A stretch of 64,000 nt of DNA, taken from positions 1-64,000 of the forward strand of contig JBDRQI010000036.1 of assembly GCA_043826355.1 (NCBI GenBank), given 5' to 3'. Shown here piece by piece: positions 30,359-39,443 of this stretch. A program made the position numbers and the translations under genes. Origin of the DNA: Candidatus Omnitrophota bacterium (GTDB lineage: Bacteria > Ratteibacteria > UBA8468 > MWAK01). The stretch's first letter is position 1. Each line of letters begins with the position of its first letter. The notes under the pieces are model-generated. The model did not search any database. It saw only the letters and a program-made list of their open reading frames with translations, and was not told the DNA's origin.

Positions 30359-31659
30359 GTTTTTGTTTTTTTGAAAACACGCTTGTAAATGTAATCCTGG
30401 TGGCGTAAAAAATATTTCGGGTCAAAAAGAGCATCAATCTCGGCCGGTTTCAAATATTTTTTTACATTCAAATCGCTCTTCAGTTTCTGCCGGAAATCAC
30501 CTTTTTCCTTTAAAGCGGCCAGCGCATTTTTCTGGACCAGTTTGTAGGCATCCGGCCGCCCAAGCCCCTTCTTGACCAGCGTCGAAAGAAGACGCTGGGA
30601 ATAGATCAGGCCGCCGGTAAGGTTAAGGTTTTCTTTAATCCGGTCCAGGTCCACCCTCAGGCCCGAAAAAACCTTTATCGCCAGGTGAATTATATAATCC
30701 AGCAGGATGGTGCTATCCGGCAGGATAACCCGCTCGGCCGAAGAATGGCTGATATCACGCTCGTGCCAGAGCGCTACGTTTTCAAGAGCAGCCGCTGCAT
30801 TTGCCCTTAAGATGCGGGCCAGGCCGCAGATGCGCTCGGAGAGAATCGGATTCTGTTTGTGGGGCATCGCCGAAGAACCCTTCTGTCCGGCTCCGAAAGG
30901 CTCTGCCGCCTCCGCCACTTCAGTCCGCTGCAGGTGCCGGATTTCCAGGGCAAACCGCTCCAGGGAAGCGCCAACCACCGCAAGCTGGCAGACATACTCT
31001 GCGTAACGGTCCCGGGATACCACCTGGGTTGCCGCCGGCTCCGGCCGCAATTTCAATTTGCGGCAGACATACTCTTCCACTTCAGGTGACAGGTGGGCAA
31101 AAGTACCGACTGCTCCGCTGATCTTGCCTACCGAAATCTCCGTACGCATCCGTTTCAAGCGTTCCAGTGACCGTTTGACCTCGGCGTAAAAACCGCAGAA
31201 TTTTAAGCCCAGGCTGATCGGCTCCGCGTGAATTCCGTGAGTCCGTCCAATCTGGATAGTATCTCTGTATAAGGAGGCGTTCAATGAAAAAATGTCTTTT
31301 AACTCATCCAGGCCGTCAATTAAAAGAGAGGCGGATTCCTTCAAAAGAAGCGCGTTAGCCGTATCCAGAAGGTCGGAAGAAGTCAGCCCCAGATGAAAAT
31401 ATGCCGAAAGCGGCCCGATCTTCTCGGAAACCGTTTCGATGAATGCAACCACGTCGTGGTGAGTCTCCTTTTCCAGTTCCGTAATCCGGCTTACTTCAAA
31501 ACCGGCTTTCTTCCTTATCTCTTTTGCCGCTTTAAGCGGAACCTTGTCCAGCAAAGACCAGGCATCCACGACCGCCAGTTCAATCTCCAGCCAGGTCTGA
31601 AATTTCTTTTCCTCGCTCCAGAGCCGCTGCATTTGCGGCCGACTGTACCGTTCAATCAT
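30355..31659 (-). CDS. purB: Adenylosuccinate lyase
   Basis: MIERY, HDVVAF, GRTHGIHAEP, GSSAMPHKQNP, HERDISHS. Confidence 0.97.
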   Translation of the reverse strand: MIERYSRPQMQRLWSEEKKFQTWLEIELAVVDAWSLLDKVPLKAAKEIRKKAGFEVSRITELEKETHHDVVAFIETVSEKIGPLSAYFHLGLTSSDLLDTANALLLKESASLLIDGLDELKDIFSLNASLYRDTIQIGRTHGIHAEPISLGLKFCGFYAEVKRSLERLKRMRTEISVGKISGAVGTFAHLSPEVEEYVCRKLKLRPEPAATQVVSRDRYAEYVCQLAVVGASLERFALEIRHLQRTEVAEAAEPFGAGQKGSSAMPHKQNPILSERICGLARILRANAAAALENVALWHERDISHSSAERVILPDSTILLDYIIHLAIKVFSGLRVDLDRIKENLNLTGGLIYSQRLLSTLVKKGLGRPDAYKLVQKNALAALKEKGDFRQKLKSDLNVKKYLKPAEIDALFDPKYFLRHQDYIYKRVFKKTKT

Positions 31660-32830
31660 ATGCGTTTTGTCCTTTATATATCCGGTTCACCCGGGAACCG
31701 ATCCGGCTCAAAACTTCATGCGGAACCGTACCTGCCCATCCAGCAACCTCTTCCACCCGGATCTCTTCTTTCCTCTGCCGGCCAATCAGCACAACCTCGT
31801 CTCCGACTGCAGCAGCGCCAACTCCCGAAACATCCACCATCATCATATTCATGCAGACATTTCCAATTACCGGACAGCGCTTCCCCGCAATCAAAACCGA
31901 CGCCTTGTTGGAGAGGTTTCGGCCGTATCCGTCGGCATACCCGACGGAAACGGTGGCCACTTTCGTCTTCTTCTTTGCTTGAAAGGTACGTCCGTAACTT
32001 ACCGAATCACCCCGGTTAATCTCTTTTCGGAAAATGATTCTCCCTTTCAGGGCAACAACCGGCTTCAGTAAAAATTTATACGGAGACCCGGTGGGACTAA
32101 AAGGAAAAGACCCGTAGAGGGCTAAACCAACACGAACAAGGTCAAAATAACTTTCCGGATAGTTAAAGACGGCCGCGGAATTGGCTGCATGGCGCATCAC
32201 CTTTTCACCCCTCCCCCCTTGCGGGGACGGGTGCCCTTTCCAAAGCTCTGGAAAGGGGGTGTACAGGGTGGGGGGGGACGTAACTTCCTGAAACCTCTCT
32301 ATTTGCTTCAGCGTGAAATTGTTCCTGGTCTCCGCAATCGGAAAATGGGTAAAGATGCCGGAAATCCTGATACCGTTGATGGTTCGGCACCAACGATAAA
32401 ATTGCGGCAGTTCCGTCGCGTTTACGCCGAGCCGGCCCATGCCGGTATCAACCTTCAGATGAACAACGGCCTCTTTTTCCAATCTTAATGCAATCGCGGA
32501 AATTTTACTAACCGATTTCCGGTCAGCAACGGTAAACTCCAATCCGCTTTTCAAGCCTTCTTCAACTTCCTCTTCCGGGGCCAGTCCCAATACCAGAATC
32601 TTTCTTTTAATTCCAACCCGCCGCAATTCCACGCCTTCGGAAACGGTAGCCACTCCGAACATCCCGGCGTCTTTTTCGATGAAAGGAGCGATCGTAGAAG
32701 CACCTAATCCGTAGGCATTGGCTTTAACGCAGGCTAAAACGCGGGCCGGAGCAACTATCCTACGGACGGCAATCAGGTTGGCTCTTATCGCTATAATATC
32801 TATCTCTGCCCAGGCCCTGCTTTTTTCCAT
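31652..32830 (-). CDS. alr: Alanine racemase with in-frame palindromic insertion
   Basis: VKANAYG, HLKVDTGMGRLG, H.ANSA, VRVG.ALYG, GYADG, G.VCM. Confidence 0.95.
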   Translation of the reverse strand: MEKSRAWAEIDIIAIRANLIAVRRIVAPARVLACVKANAYGLGASTIAPFIEKDAGMFGVATVSEGVELRRVGIKRKILVLGLAPEEEVEEGLKSGLEFTVADRKSVSKISAIALRLEKEAVVHLKVDTGMGRLGVNATELPQFYRWCRTINGIRISGIFTHFPIAETRNNFTLKQIERFQEVTSPPTLYTPFPELWKGHPSPQGGRGEKVMRHAANSAAVFNYPESYFDLVRVGLALYGSFPFSPTGSPYKFLLKPVVALKGRIIFRKEINRGDSVSYGRTFQAKKKTKVATVSVGYADGYGRNLSNKASVLIAGKRCPVIGNVCMNMMMVDVSGVGAAAVGDEVVLIGRQRKEEIRVEEVAGWAGTVPHEVLSRIGSRVNRIYKGQNAYD

Positions 32831-32840
32831 AAACCTTTAA

Positions 32841-33113
32841 GGGGTTGCTCAACAATTAAATTGCCTATTTGCCAGAGATGATTTTGGAACGAGACAAGGA
32901 GCAAAGAAAATTGCGTAATCACTGTACTACTCAATCGATGAGCGACGAAGTCGCAGCCCAAAAGCGGCCTGGCCCTTCGGGGAGCCATATCTTTTGGTCA
33001 TTGCGGCGTTGCTCCTTGGGTATGTGCCGCAGAGGGCACACCCCCTTCGGCGCGCCTGGCACTGACCCTAAATCTATGACTCCAAATAGGCGATTTAATT
33101 GTTGAGCAGCCCC
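32841..33113. mobile_element. MITE, 273 bp, 31-bp terminal inverted repeats, TAA direct repeats
   Basis: taa-GGGGTTGCTCAACAATTAAATTGCCTATTTG ... CAAATAGGCGATTTAATTGTTGAGCAGCCCC-taa (2 mismatches); no transposase. Confidence 0.85.
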
Positions 33114-33119
33114 TAAGCG

Positions 33120-33193
33120 CGCGCCTGGGGCGACTTGAACGCCCAACCTACGGGTTCGAAGCCCGGCGCTCTATCCAATTGAGCTACAGGCGC
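33120..33193 (-). tRNA. tRNA-Arg (anticodon UCG), CCA not encoded
   Basis: GCGCCTG/CAGGCGC acceptor, CT-TCG-AA loop, GGGCG-TTCAAGT-CGCCC T-arm. Confidence 0.92.
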
Positions 33194-33196
33194 TAA

Positions 33197-33433
33197 CTAT
33201 TTCGTTTCTTCTTTTTTCTCTTCCTTCTTCTCTCCTTTTTCCGTCTCTTTCTTCTCGGCCACCCGGTCTTTAATATCGCTGATACCGGAGGCAATTGCCA
33301 CCAAACCGCCTAAAACCAGAAGAACAACCACGCCGCCACCGATAAACCACTTAGTGGCCTGTCCCAGGGGACCCGGACCGGCTAACAGATAACCGACCAC
33401 AATCGCCACAATTCCGCCAATTAACGCCCACAT
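33197..33433 (-). CDS. Small two-TM membrane protein with charged tail
   Basis: 78 aa, AGGAGG SD upstream. Confidence 0.75.
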   Translation of the reverse strand: MWALIGGIVAIVVGYLLAGPGPLGQATKWFIGGGVVVLLVLGGLVAIASGISDIKDRVAEKKETEKGEKKEEKKEETK

Positions 33434-33570
33434 AGTCCCTCCTTTTTAAAAAAATTAAAACCGTAAGAATTTTTAAACTAAAAAACACGGTTGATACTAT
33501 ACCATATCTAAAAAAAATGCGTCAAGCCGGCCACTTGTCACAAAGACCGGAATTAAGATACAATAAAAAT

Positions 33571-34560
33571 ATGCGAAAAAAATATATCCTGACAATCGCA
33601 ATTATTTTTTTGGGCGGACTTCTTCTTTTGGCGCTGAGCATCTTTTCACCTTCCCGCGCCAGGACAGAAACGGTACGCATCGCGCCGGATATGACCCTGC
33701 GGGAAATCACCAGCCATCTTTCGCAAAAAGGACTGCTCCGGACACCCCGCCTCTTTATTTTCGTCACAAAAATTTCCGGAAAAGAGAGGAAACTCAAAGC
33801 CGGCCTTTACGAGTTCCCCCTCCGGAGCAGACCCTTCCAGGCGTTGCAAAAACTGGTTCGCGGGGAAACGGCTGTAGTCCGGATAACCATACCGGAGGGC
33901 TGGAGCGCCCGAGAAATCGGCAAATTGCTGGAAAGCAAAGAGCTCTGCACGCAAAAAGAATTTTTGTCGGTGACGCTGGAACGGAAGATGGAAGGATTTC
34001 TCTTCCCCAACACTTATTCCATCCCTTCGGAGTTCTCCGCGGCAAACATTGCCCTGACCTTGCGCGAGAGTTTTAACCGCATCTGGAAACCGGAGTGGGA
34101 TTTGCAGGCGAAACGAATGGGATTATCCCAAAAGGAAGTGATAACCCTGGCTTCTATTATTGAACGCGAGGCACAAAGCGCGGCGGAAAAAGCGATTGTC
34201 AGTTCCGTATTTCACAACCGCCTCCGCCGGAAAATGCAGTTGGAAGCCGACCCAACCATCCTCTACGCGCTGGGCTCCTGGAACACACGCCTGACCCGTG
34301 ACTTGTTGAAGACAAATTCCCCGTACAACACCTACCTGCACCGGGGCCTGCCGCCCGGACCAATCTGCAATCCGGGCGAGGAATCAATCAAGGCGGCTCT
34401 CTTTCCGACCCGGACCAACTACCTCTTCTTTGTTGCCGTCGGAGACGGCACCCACATCTTTTCCTCCACCAGCGCCGGTCATAATGCCGCCATCAGGGAG
34501 ATAAGACTGCGCAAAGCAGCTCAGGCTGACACATCTGAGCAAACAACGGAAGTAGAATAG
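33571..34560 (+). CDS. mltG: Endolytic transglycosylase MltG
   Basis: TIPEG, EGFLFP.TY, LASIIERE, NRL...M.L.ADPT, SPYNTY...GLPPGPI.NPG. Confidence 0.95.
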   Translation: MRKKYILTIAIIFLGGLLLLALSIFSPSRARTETVRIAPDMTLREITSHLSQKGLLRTPRLFIFVTKISGKERKLKAGLYEFPLRSRPFQALQKLVRGETAVVRITIPEGWSAREIGKLLESKELCTQKEFLSVTLERKMEGFLFPNTYSIPSEFSAANIALTLRESFNRIWKPEWDLQAKRMGLSQKEVITLASIIEREAQSAAEKAIVSSVFHNRLRRKMQLEADPTILYALGSWNTRLTRDLLKTNSPYNTYLHRGLPPGPICNPGEESIKAALFPTRTNYLFFVAVGDGTHIFSSTSAGHNAAIREIRLRKAAQADTSEQTTEVE

Positions 34561-34574
34561 TAGGAGATACTGTA

Positions 34575-36404
34575 TTACTCTACTGTAACGCTCTTCGCTA
34601 AATTGCGGGGCTGGTCCACATTACATCCCCGCCGCACCGCAATGTAGTAAGCCAGAAGCTGCAGGGGTAAAACGGTTAGAAACGGATTGAGCGGGTCTAT
34701 GGTATGGGGAATATAAATCAGGCTGTCGGCCTTTTCCGTCATCTGACAATCTCCGGTGGTAACTACCGCAATAACTTCACCTCCGCGCGCCTTAACTTCT
34801 TCAACGTTAAGCAGCACCCGGGAATAAGTCCGGTCGTTGGGCGCGATAACCACCGCCGGCATATTCCAGTCAATCAAGGCAATCGGACCATGCTTCATCT
34901 CGGCGGCCGGTAATCCTTCCGCATGGATATATGAAATCTCTTTCAGTTTCAAAGCGCCTTCCAGGGCAATCGGATAATTATAACCGCGTCCCAGGTAGAG
35001 TGCGTTGGACGTGCGAAAATACCGGGCGGCGCTTTCCTCCGCCTGCTTTGCCTCCTTTATAATCATCTCCATCTTCTCCGGAATCCGGAAGAGTTGGGCT
35101 AAAAAATGACGGCACTGTTTTTCGGTTAACTTCCCTTTCAGATACGCTATCTTCAACCCCAGAAGATAAAGAACCGCTAACTGGCTGGTGAAGGCCTTGG
35201 TTGAAGCAACGCCGATTTCCGGACCCGCCTCAGTCATAATCACGCCTTCACTCTGCCGGCAGATGGAACTACCCGGAACGTTGCAAACCGCGAAGGTCTT
35301 TATTTTTTTCTCCCGGGTTTTCTTGAGGGCGCCCAACGTATCGGCCGTTTCGCCGGATTGGCTGATTACCAACAGAATGTCATCAGCGGTCAAAACTGTT
35401 TTTCGATACCGGAATTCCGCCGCATTTTCAATTTCAACCGGCACCGAGGCATACTCTTCCAAAAAATATTTGGCAATCAATCCGGCATGCCAGGAAGTTC
35501 CACAAGCAATGATGACGATTCGCTTTAATTTCTTCAGATGCCGGTCGGAAAGATTTAGTTCCGGAAAATGAATCTTGCGGTTGCCATTAACGTAACACCG
35601 GAAAAGATTTCGCAAAACCAGCGGCTGTTCGTAAATCTCTTTGAGCATATAATGGCCGAACTTCCCTTTTTCCGAAGCCGCAGCCTGCCATTTTACCTTA
35701 TAAACCTCTGCGGAACAGGAACGACCGGTCTTTATATGGTAGAGTTCAAATCCGTCGTGCCGCAAAAAGCCGGCTTGACCATCTTGCAGGATAGTTACCG
35801 AACGGGTGTGAGAAAAAAGAGCCGGAATATCGGAAGAGAGAAAATAACCGCATTCAGAAGAACCGACAATGAGCGGACTACCGTGCCGGGCCACCAATAT
35901 CCGATCCGGGTAGTCGGCTGAAAGAACCGCCATTCCGTAACTGCCTTTAACGGATTCCAGGGCCCGGCGCAGCGCCTCCGCCGTAAAACCAAAATCTCTG
36001 ATTGTTTCCTCCAGTAGGTGCGGCAAAACTTCGGTGTCGGTTTCGGAACAAAAACGATGGCCGCGGACCTCCAGACTTTTCCGTAACTGTTGAAAATTAT
36101 CAATCGTGCCGTTATGCACCACGGCAATCCGGCCACGACAATCCAGATGAGGATGACTATTAATATGGTTGGGGGAACCGTGAGTGGCCCACCGGGTATG
36201 GCCGATGCCGACGGACGCGTTATTCTCCTTTACGCGGCGCACCAGGTCGGCAACCTTACCCTGGCATTTTTCAATTAGAAGGCCTTTTGCATTAATAAGC
36301 GCCACACCGGCGGAATCATACCCCCGATACTCCAGGTCGGACAATCCTTTAAGAATAAAAGGCAGCGCCTTTTTCTCACCGATGTAACCGAAAATTCCAC
36401 ACAT
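34575..36404 (-). CDS. glmS: Glutamine-fructose-6-phosphate transaminase
   Basis: MCGI, LEYRGYDSAG, GHTRWATHG, SQSGETADT, PRNLAKSVTVE. Confidence 0.96.
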   Translation of the reverse strand: MCGIFGYIGEKKALPFILKGLSDLEYRGYDSAGVALINAKGLLIEKCQGKVADLVRRVKENNASVGIGHTRWATHGSPNHINSHPHLDCRGRIAVVHNGTIDNFQQLRKSLEVRGHRFCSETDTEVLPHLLEETIRDFGFTAEALRRALESVKGSYGMAVLSADYPDRILVARHGSPLIVGSSECGYFLSSDIPALFSHTRSVTILQDGQAGFLRHDGFELYHIKTGRSCSAEVYKVKWQAAASEKGKFGHYMLKEIYEQPLVLRNLFRCYVNGNRKIHFPELNLSDRHLKKLKRIVIIACGTSWHAGLIAKYFLEEYASVPVEIENAAEFRYRKTVLTADDILLVISQSGETADTLGALKKTREKKIKTFAVCNVPGSSICRQSEGVIMTEAGPEIGVASTKAFTSQLAVLYLLGLKIAYLKGKLTEKQCRHFLAQLFRIPEKMEMIIKEAKQAEESAARYFRTSNALYLGRGYNYPIALEGALKLKEISYIHAEGLPAAEMKHGPIALIDWNMPAVVIAPNDRTYSRVLLNVEEVKARGGEVIAVVTTGDCQMTEKADSLIYIPHTIDPLNPFLTVLPLQLLAYYIAVRRGCNVDQPRNLAKSVTVE

Positions 36405-36405
36405 T

Positions 36406-37047
36406 CTATTTTTCCCTGATAATCTGAAATCCGAAATCCTGAAGTTTGGAAATAGTATCGGCTACTCCAGGCTTGGCGTCATTATTCCGGTCCGTAACCA
36501 GAATGTACTTCTTCCCTTTCTTGATGTCCAGTTTTATCATGCGCATGTTTCTGGTAGGGTAAGTACATTCCCGGCCGATCTTGGAACTGTCCGCCAGAAT
36601 GATTATCCGCTTGACGCGTTTAATCAAGAATTCAATTTGTTGAACGGTGTCCATGTCGTCGGCGCTCAAACCCCGGGCCGAAATTCCCGGTGTTCCGATA
36701 ATCGCCTTTTCAATCTGCGAAAAGGGCGCCACGACGTTAACCACTGAGAGGTTCTTGCGGGAAACCTCGCCGGCGGTAATACCCACAAAATTTTCGGAAA
36801 ATATCTGGTTGTGCTCTTTCAGCCACAGGTTGACGATAAAAAGATTGTTGGTCCAGATTTTAAGCATAAAATGCTTGCCTGGTTTTACCAATTCCTCTCC
36901 GAGACAAGCCACCGAAGTACCGGCTCCTAGAAATATTTCATCTCCGGTTGCAATCAACTCCAGGGCTTTCTGGGCAATCCCTTGTTTACTTTCCTGGTTC
37001 AATTTTTTTCGCTTCTCAAAAGAAAGAAACAGGTCCGCGATACTCAT
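36406..37047 (-). CDS. DeoR/GlpR-type sugar-phosphate sensor domain protein lacking the N-terminal HTH
   Basis: K..IA..A..LI..GDEIFLGAGTS, TNNL, LADSSKIG; starts directly at the DeoR C-terminal domain. Confidence 0.8.
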   Translation of the reverse strand: MSIADLFLSFEKRKKLNQESKQGIAQKALELIATGDEIFLGAGTSVACLGEELVKPGKHFMLKIWTNNLFIVNLWLKEHNQIFSENFVGITAGEVSRKNLSVVNVVAPFSQIEKAIIGTPGISARGLSADDMDTVQQIEFLIKRVKRIIILADSSKIGRECTYPTRNMRMIKLDIKKGKKYILVTDRNNDAKPGVADTISKLQDFGFQIIREK

Positions 37048-37054
37048 ACCAAAT

Positions 37055-37083
37055 ATATTACATCTTGTTTAACAATTTGTCAA
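37055..37083 (-). promoter_or_regulatory. Sigma70 promoter for DeoR-like/glmS (leaderless) with palindrome in the spacer
   Basis: TTGACA-N17-TAATAT, 7 nt before ATG; TTGTTTAACAA inverted repeat. Confidence 0.7.
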
Positions 37084-37135
37084 TAAAATTGTCAAGTTAA
37101 ATTAAAAAATACCCCTCCATCCTTTTGCCGAGTTT

Positions 37136-37228
37136 TCCATTATCGAACGCGAGACGCAAAGCGCCGGGGAAAAAGCGATGGTCGGTTCCGTGTTCCACAA
37201 CCGTCTTCGTAAAGGAATGCACCTGTAG
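37136..37228 (+). pseudogene. 31-codon fragment of an mltG homologue
   Basis: Translates SIIERETQSAGEKAMVGSVFHNRLRKGMHL*; aligns ungapped with mltG 34153-34245. Confidence 0.85.
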
Positions 37229-37254
37229 GTAACGACAGGCTGTGGAAACTACAT

Positions 37255-39357
37255 TCATGAAAATAGACAAAGGACTTCGTACCGTTTTAACGTACCGGCC
37301 GGAACCGTTACGCGAAATCCTTTTCCCTTTGTTTCCACTTTGACCTGTTTTTTCCCTTGCCAATCCGGGGAGATTAAATATGCCGGATTTATTGAATCAA
37401 TCTGCAATTCAATAATAATATCGTCTTCCAAGGGCGGAAATTCTACCGGATAATCAAGGGGAATAACTTCACCAACCTTCACGGTTCCCCCGCGAAGGTT
37501 AAGCAGATGAATTACCACCGCATGCCCACCGCTATCTTTCCGATGAAAAGCTTTTATCAATAACCCCGGCGGAGCCTGCTTTATGGTTACTATCTGCTCT
37601 CCGGCGGCCCATTTGGCTGTTTGAACCATGAGGGATTGTTGTATTTTTCGGTCTTTATCCGGAATGGCAGGACCATACCACGTTCTGGGATCACCCCTCT
37701 GATTCGTCCACGAACATCCGGCCAGACCCGGCTTATTAGAAAAATAAACCCATTGCCCGCTTCCGTATCTGCCAAACTGAACCGAACCCGGAAAGTTCCC
37801 GTCATCTGTTTTTTGATTAACACCCAGTATCGTCCCCAACTCTTCTTCCCTTGTCTTCCGGGAACCGGTTTCGTCGTATAATCCGGTTTCGCAGGTAAAG
37901 ATCAAATTCCCACCCTGAAACAGATACCCTGAAATAGCTGTACAGGCGGAATTGCTTAAACAAGCAGCGTTAGGAAGAATCACCAGCGAATACTTTTTCA
38001 GGTGGGATATTGTCAACTGCTGTTCCACCATTACTGCATATTGGATATATTCGTCTGCAAGCGTCTGACACCATCCCAATAATTCCTTGGCGTAATCCAT
38101 GTCCCAGAAATTGTTATCCCAATCACCTCCGCCGGTCATGTCCCGGGTTGCCGCGGATAACAGAATGCCGATACCGGCCAACGACTGGATTACGCCGGTC
38201 AATTCGCCTTTATGTTTTTCCTCCCATCCGAACAATCCGCCATAAAACTTCATGTCTTCCGGGTCAAAAGGCAATCCTTCGCCGCAAGAAAGACTCCCTT
38301 TTCGGGAAAGCGCCCATACCCTGACGCCATGAGCAACGGATAACGCCCAGCTGATGAAACCTTCGGGACGATAAGGAGCGCCCAGAACAGCCATTGTTGG
38401 CGTACCGTAATAATTGCTTAATCCTCCATATGTCATATACTGAGATGAAAAGAACCGCCAATTGTAAAGAAATGAATCGGAGCCGTTTTCAAAAAAAAGC
38501 AAATTAGCTCCGCGCATCCTTTCTTCGTTATTTTCTCCGAAATACTGAGAGCATAACGGACTTGGCTCCCAATTTTTGCATCCCAACAATACCGGGTGAG
38601 CATGTTCTTTTTTTATCCCGGCGTACAAATCCTCATAAAAATCTCCCACCGAGACGGTTCGAAATCTAAGCCAGGCCCGGAAAGCGGGGTTTTTGAGGTT
38701 TCCCCAGAACGATGAATCCTCAGGCGGGGGTAAAATAAATCCCGTTTTCTTCAGATATTTTTCCCGGCAGTGCGGACAAGCGCAGTTATGCCAACCGGTC
38801 CGGAAATATACCTCGTCTACCATCAAACCATCCACTTTCGTCTCGCGGACAATCTTTCGGCAAAGCCGGAAATATTCGGCGCGAAAATCCGGGTTATTGA
38901 TACACCACAGGTACCACCCGCCCCACTGGTCCAGATAAGCATAAGTTCCGGTCCGCGCATCAATATTTAACCAGGCGCGGCGGTCATCGGAAAAGGTATT
39001 TAATTTTCCTCCGGCAAGTCCCGCCAGTACTGCGGTTGTATGATGAACAACTCTAATCCCTTTGCTATGGCATGCTTTTGTTATTTTTTTGATGGCTTCA
39101 TTCACCTCGCCGGTTTTTCCTTCGTGCTCAAACAGTATCACCCGGCGGAGCCCCTCCGTCAATATCGTATTGATATTGTGTTTTTTGAAATCATTTACGC
39201 ACCGCGCTATTTCCTTATCGTCAACAATCCCGGAAAAACTGGGTTCCATACATCCCGCATCCGGCAGGATTTCCGCTACTGCTTCAATCTTTTTAAACCA
39301 CCAGTGTGTCCAACGCGAATTCCACAGCCATTCATTTTTTGCGCTGAGATTTTTCAT
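37255..39357 (-). CDS. Putative glycoside hydrolase (TIM barrel + beta-galactosidase trimerisation/GATase1-like domain)
   Basis: CINNP.FR, VDGLMVDE, C.CP.C, YSLVILPNAACLS....I..Y...GG.LI...ETGLYDE.G. Confidence 0.7.
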   Translation of the reverse strand: MKNLSAKNEWLWNSRWTHWWFKKIEAVAEILPDAGCMEPSFSGIVDDKEIARCVNDFKKHNINTILTEGLRRVILFEHEGKTGEVNEAIKKITKACHSKGIRVVHHTTAVLAGLAGGKLNTFSDDRRAWLNIDARTGTYAYLDQWGGWYLWCINNPDFRAEYFRLCRKIVRETKVDGLMVDEVYFRTGWHNCACPHCREKYLKKTGFILPPPEDSSFWGNLKNPAFRAWLRFRTVSVGDFYEDLYAGIKKEHAHPVLLGCKNWEPSPLCSQYFGENNEERMRGANLLFFENGSDSFLYNWRFFSSQYMTYGGLSNYYGTPTMAVLGAPYRPEGFISWALSVAHGVRVWALSRKGSLSCGEGLPFDPEDMKFYGGLFGWEEKHKGELTGVIQSLAGIGILLSAATRDMTGGGDWDNNFWDMDYAKELLGWCQTLADEYIQYAVMVEQQLTISHLKKYSLVILPNAACLSNSACTAISGYLFQGGNLIFTCETGLYDETGSRKTREEELGTILGVNQKTDDGNFPGSVQFGRYGSGQWVYFSNKPGLAGCSWTNQRGDPRTWYGPAIPDKDRKIQQSLMVQTAKWAAGEQIVTIKQAPPGLLIKAFHRKDSGGHAVVIHLLNLRGGTVKVGEVIPLDYPVEFPPLEDDIIIELQIDSINPAYLISPDWQGKKQVKVETKGKGFRVTVPAGTLKRYEVLCLFS

Positions 39358-39379
39358 TCAACATCTCCCTTTATCCGGC

Positions 39380-39433
39380 AAAAAAAACACCCCTCTTTTT
39401 CCCTTTTCGTCCAGGAAATAAAAGGGGCGTTTT
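39380..39433 (-). terminator. Probable intrinsic terminator between the DegT and GH-like genes
   Basis: Minus strand AAAACGCCCCTTTTATTTCC...GGAAAAAGAGGGGTG followed by T7. Confidence 0.55.
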
Positions 39434-39443
39434 CAGCCTTGGA

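Noticed and set aside
36405..37130. glmS ribozyme
   Set aside because: glmS is directly preceded by a CDS, and no recognisable ribozyme consensus was seen.
34153..37228. mltG segment plus remote copy as a DGR template/variable repeat pair
   Set aside because: Differences are mostly synonymous third-position changes, not adenine-specific, and there is no reverse transcriptase in the window.
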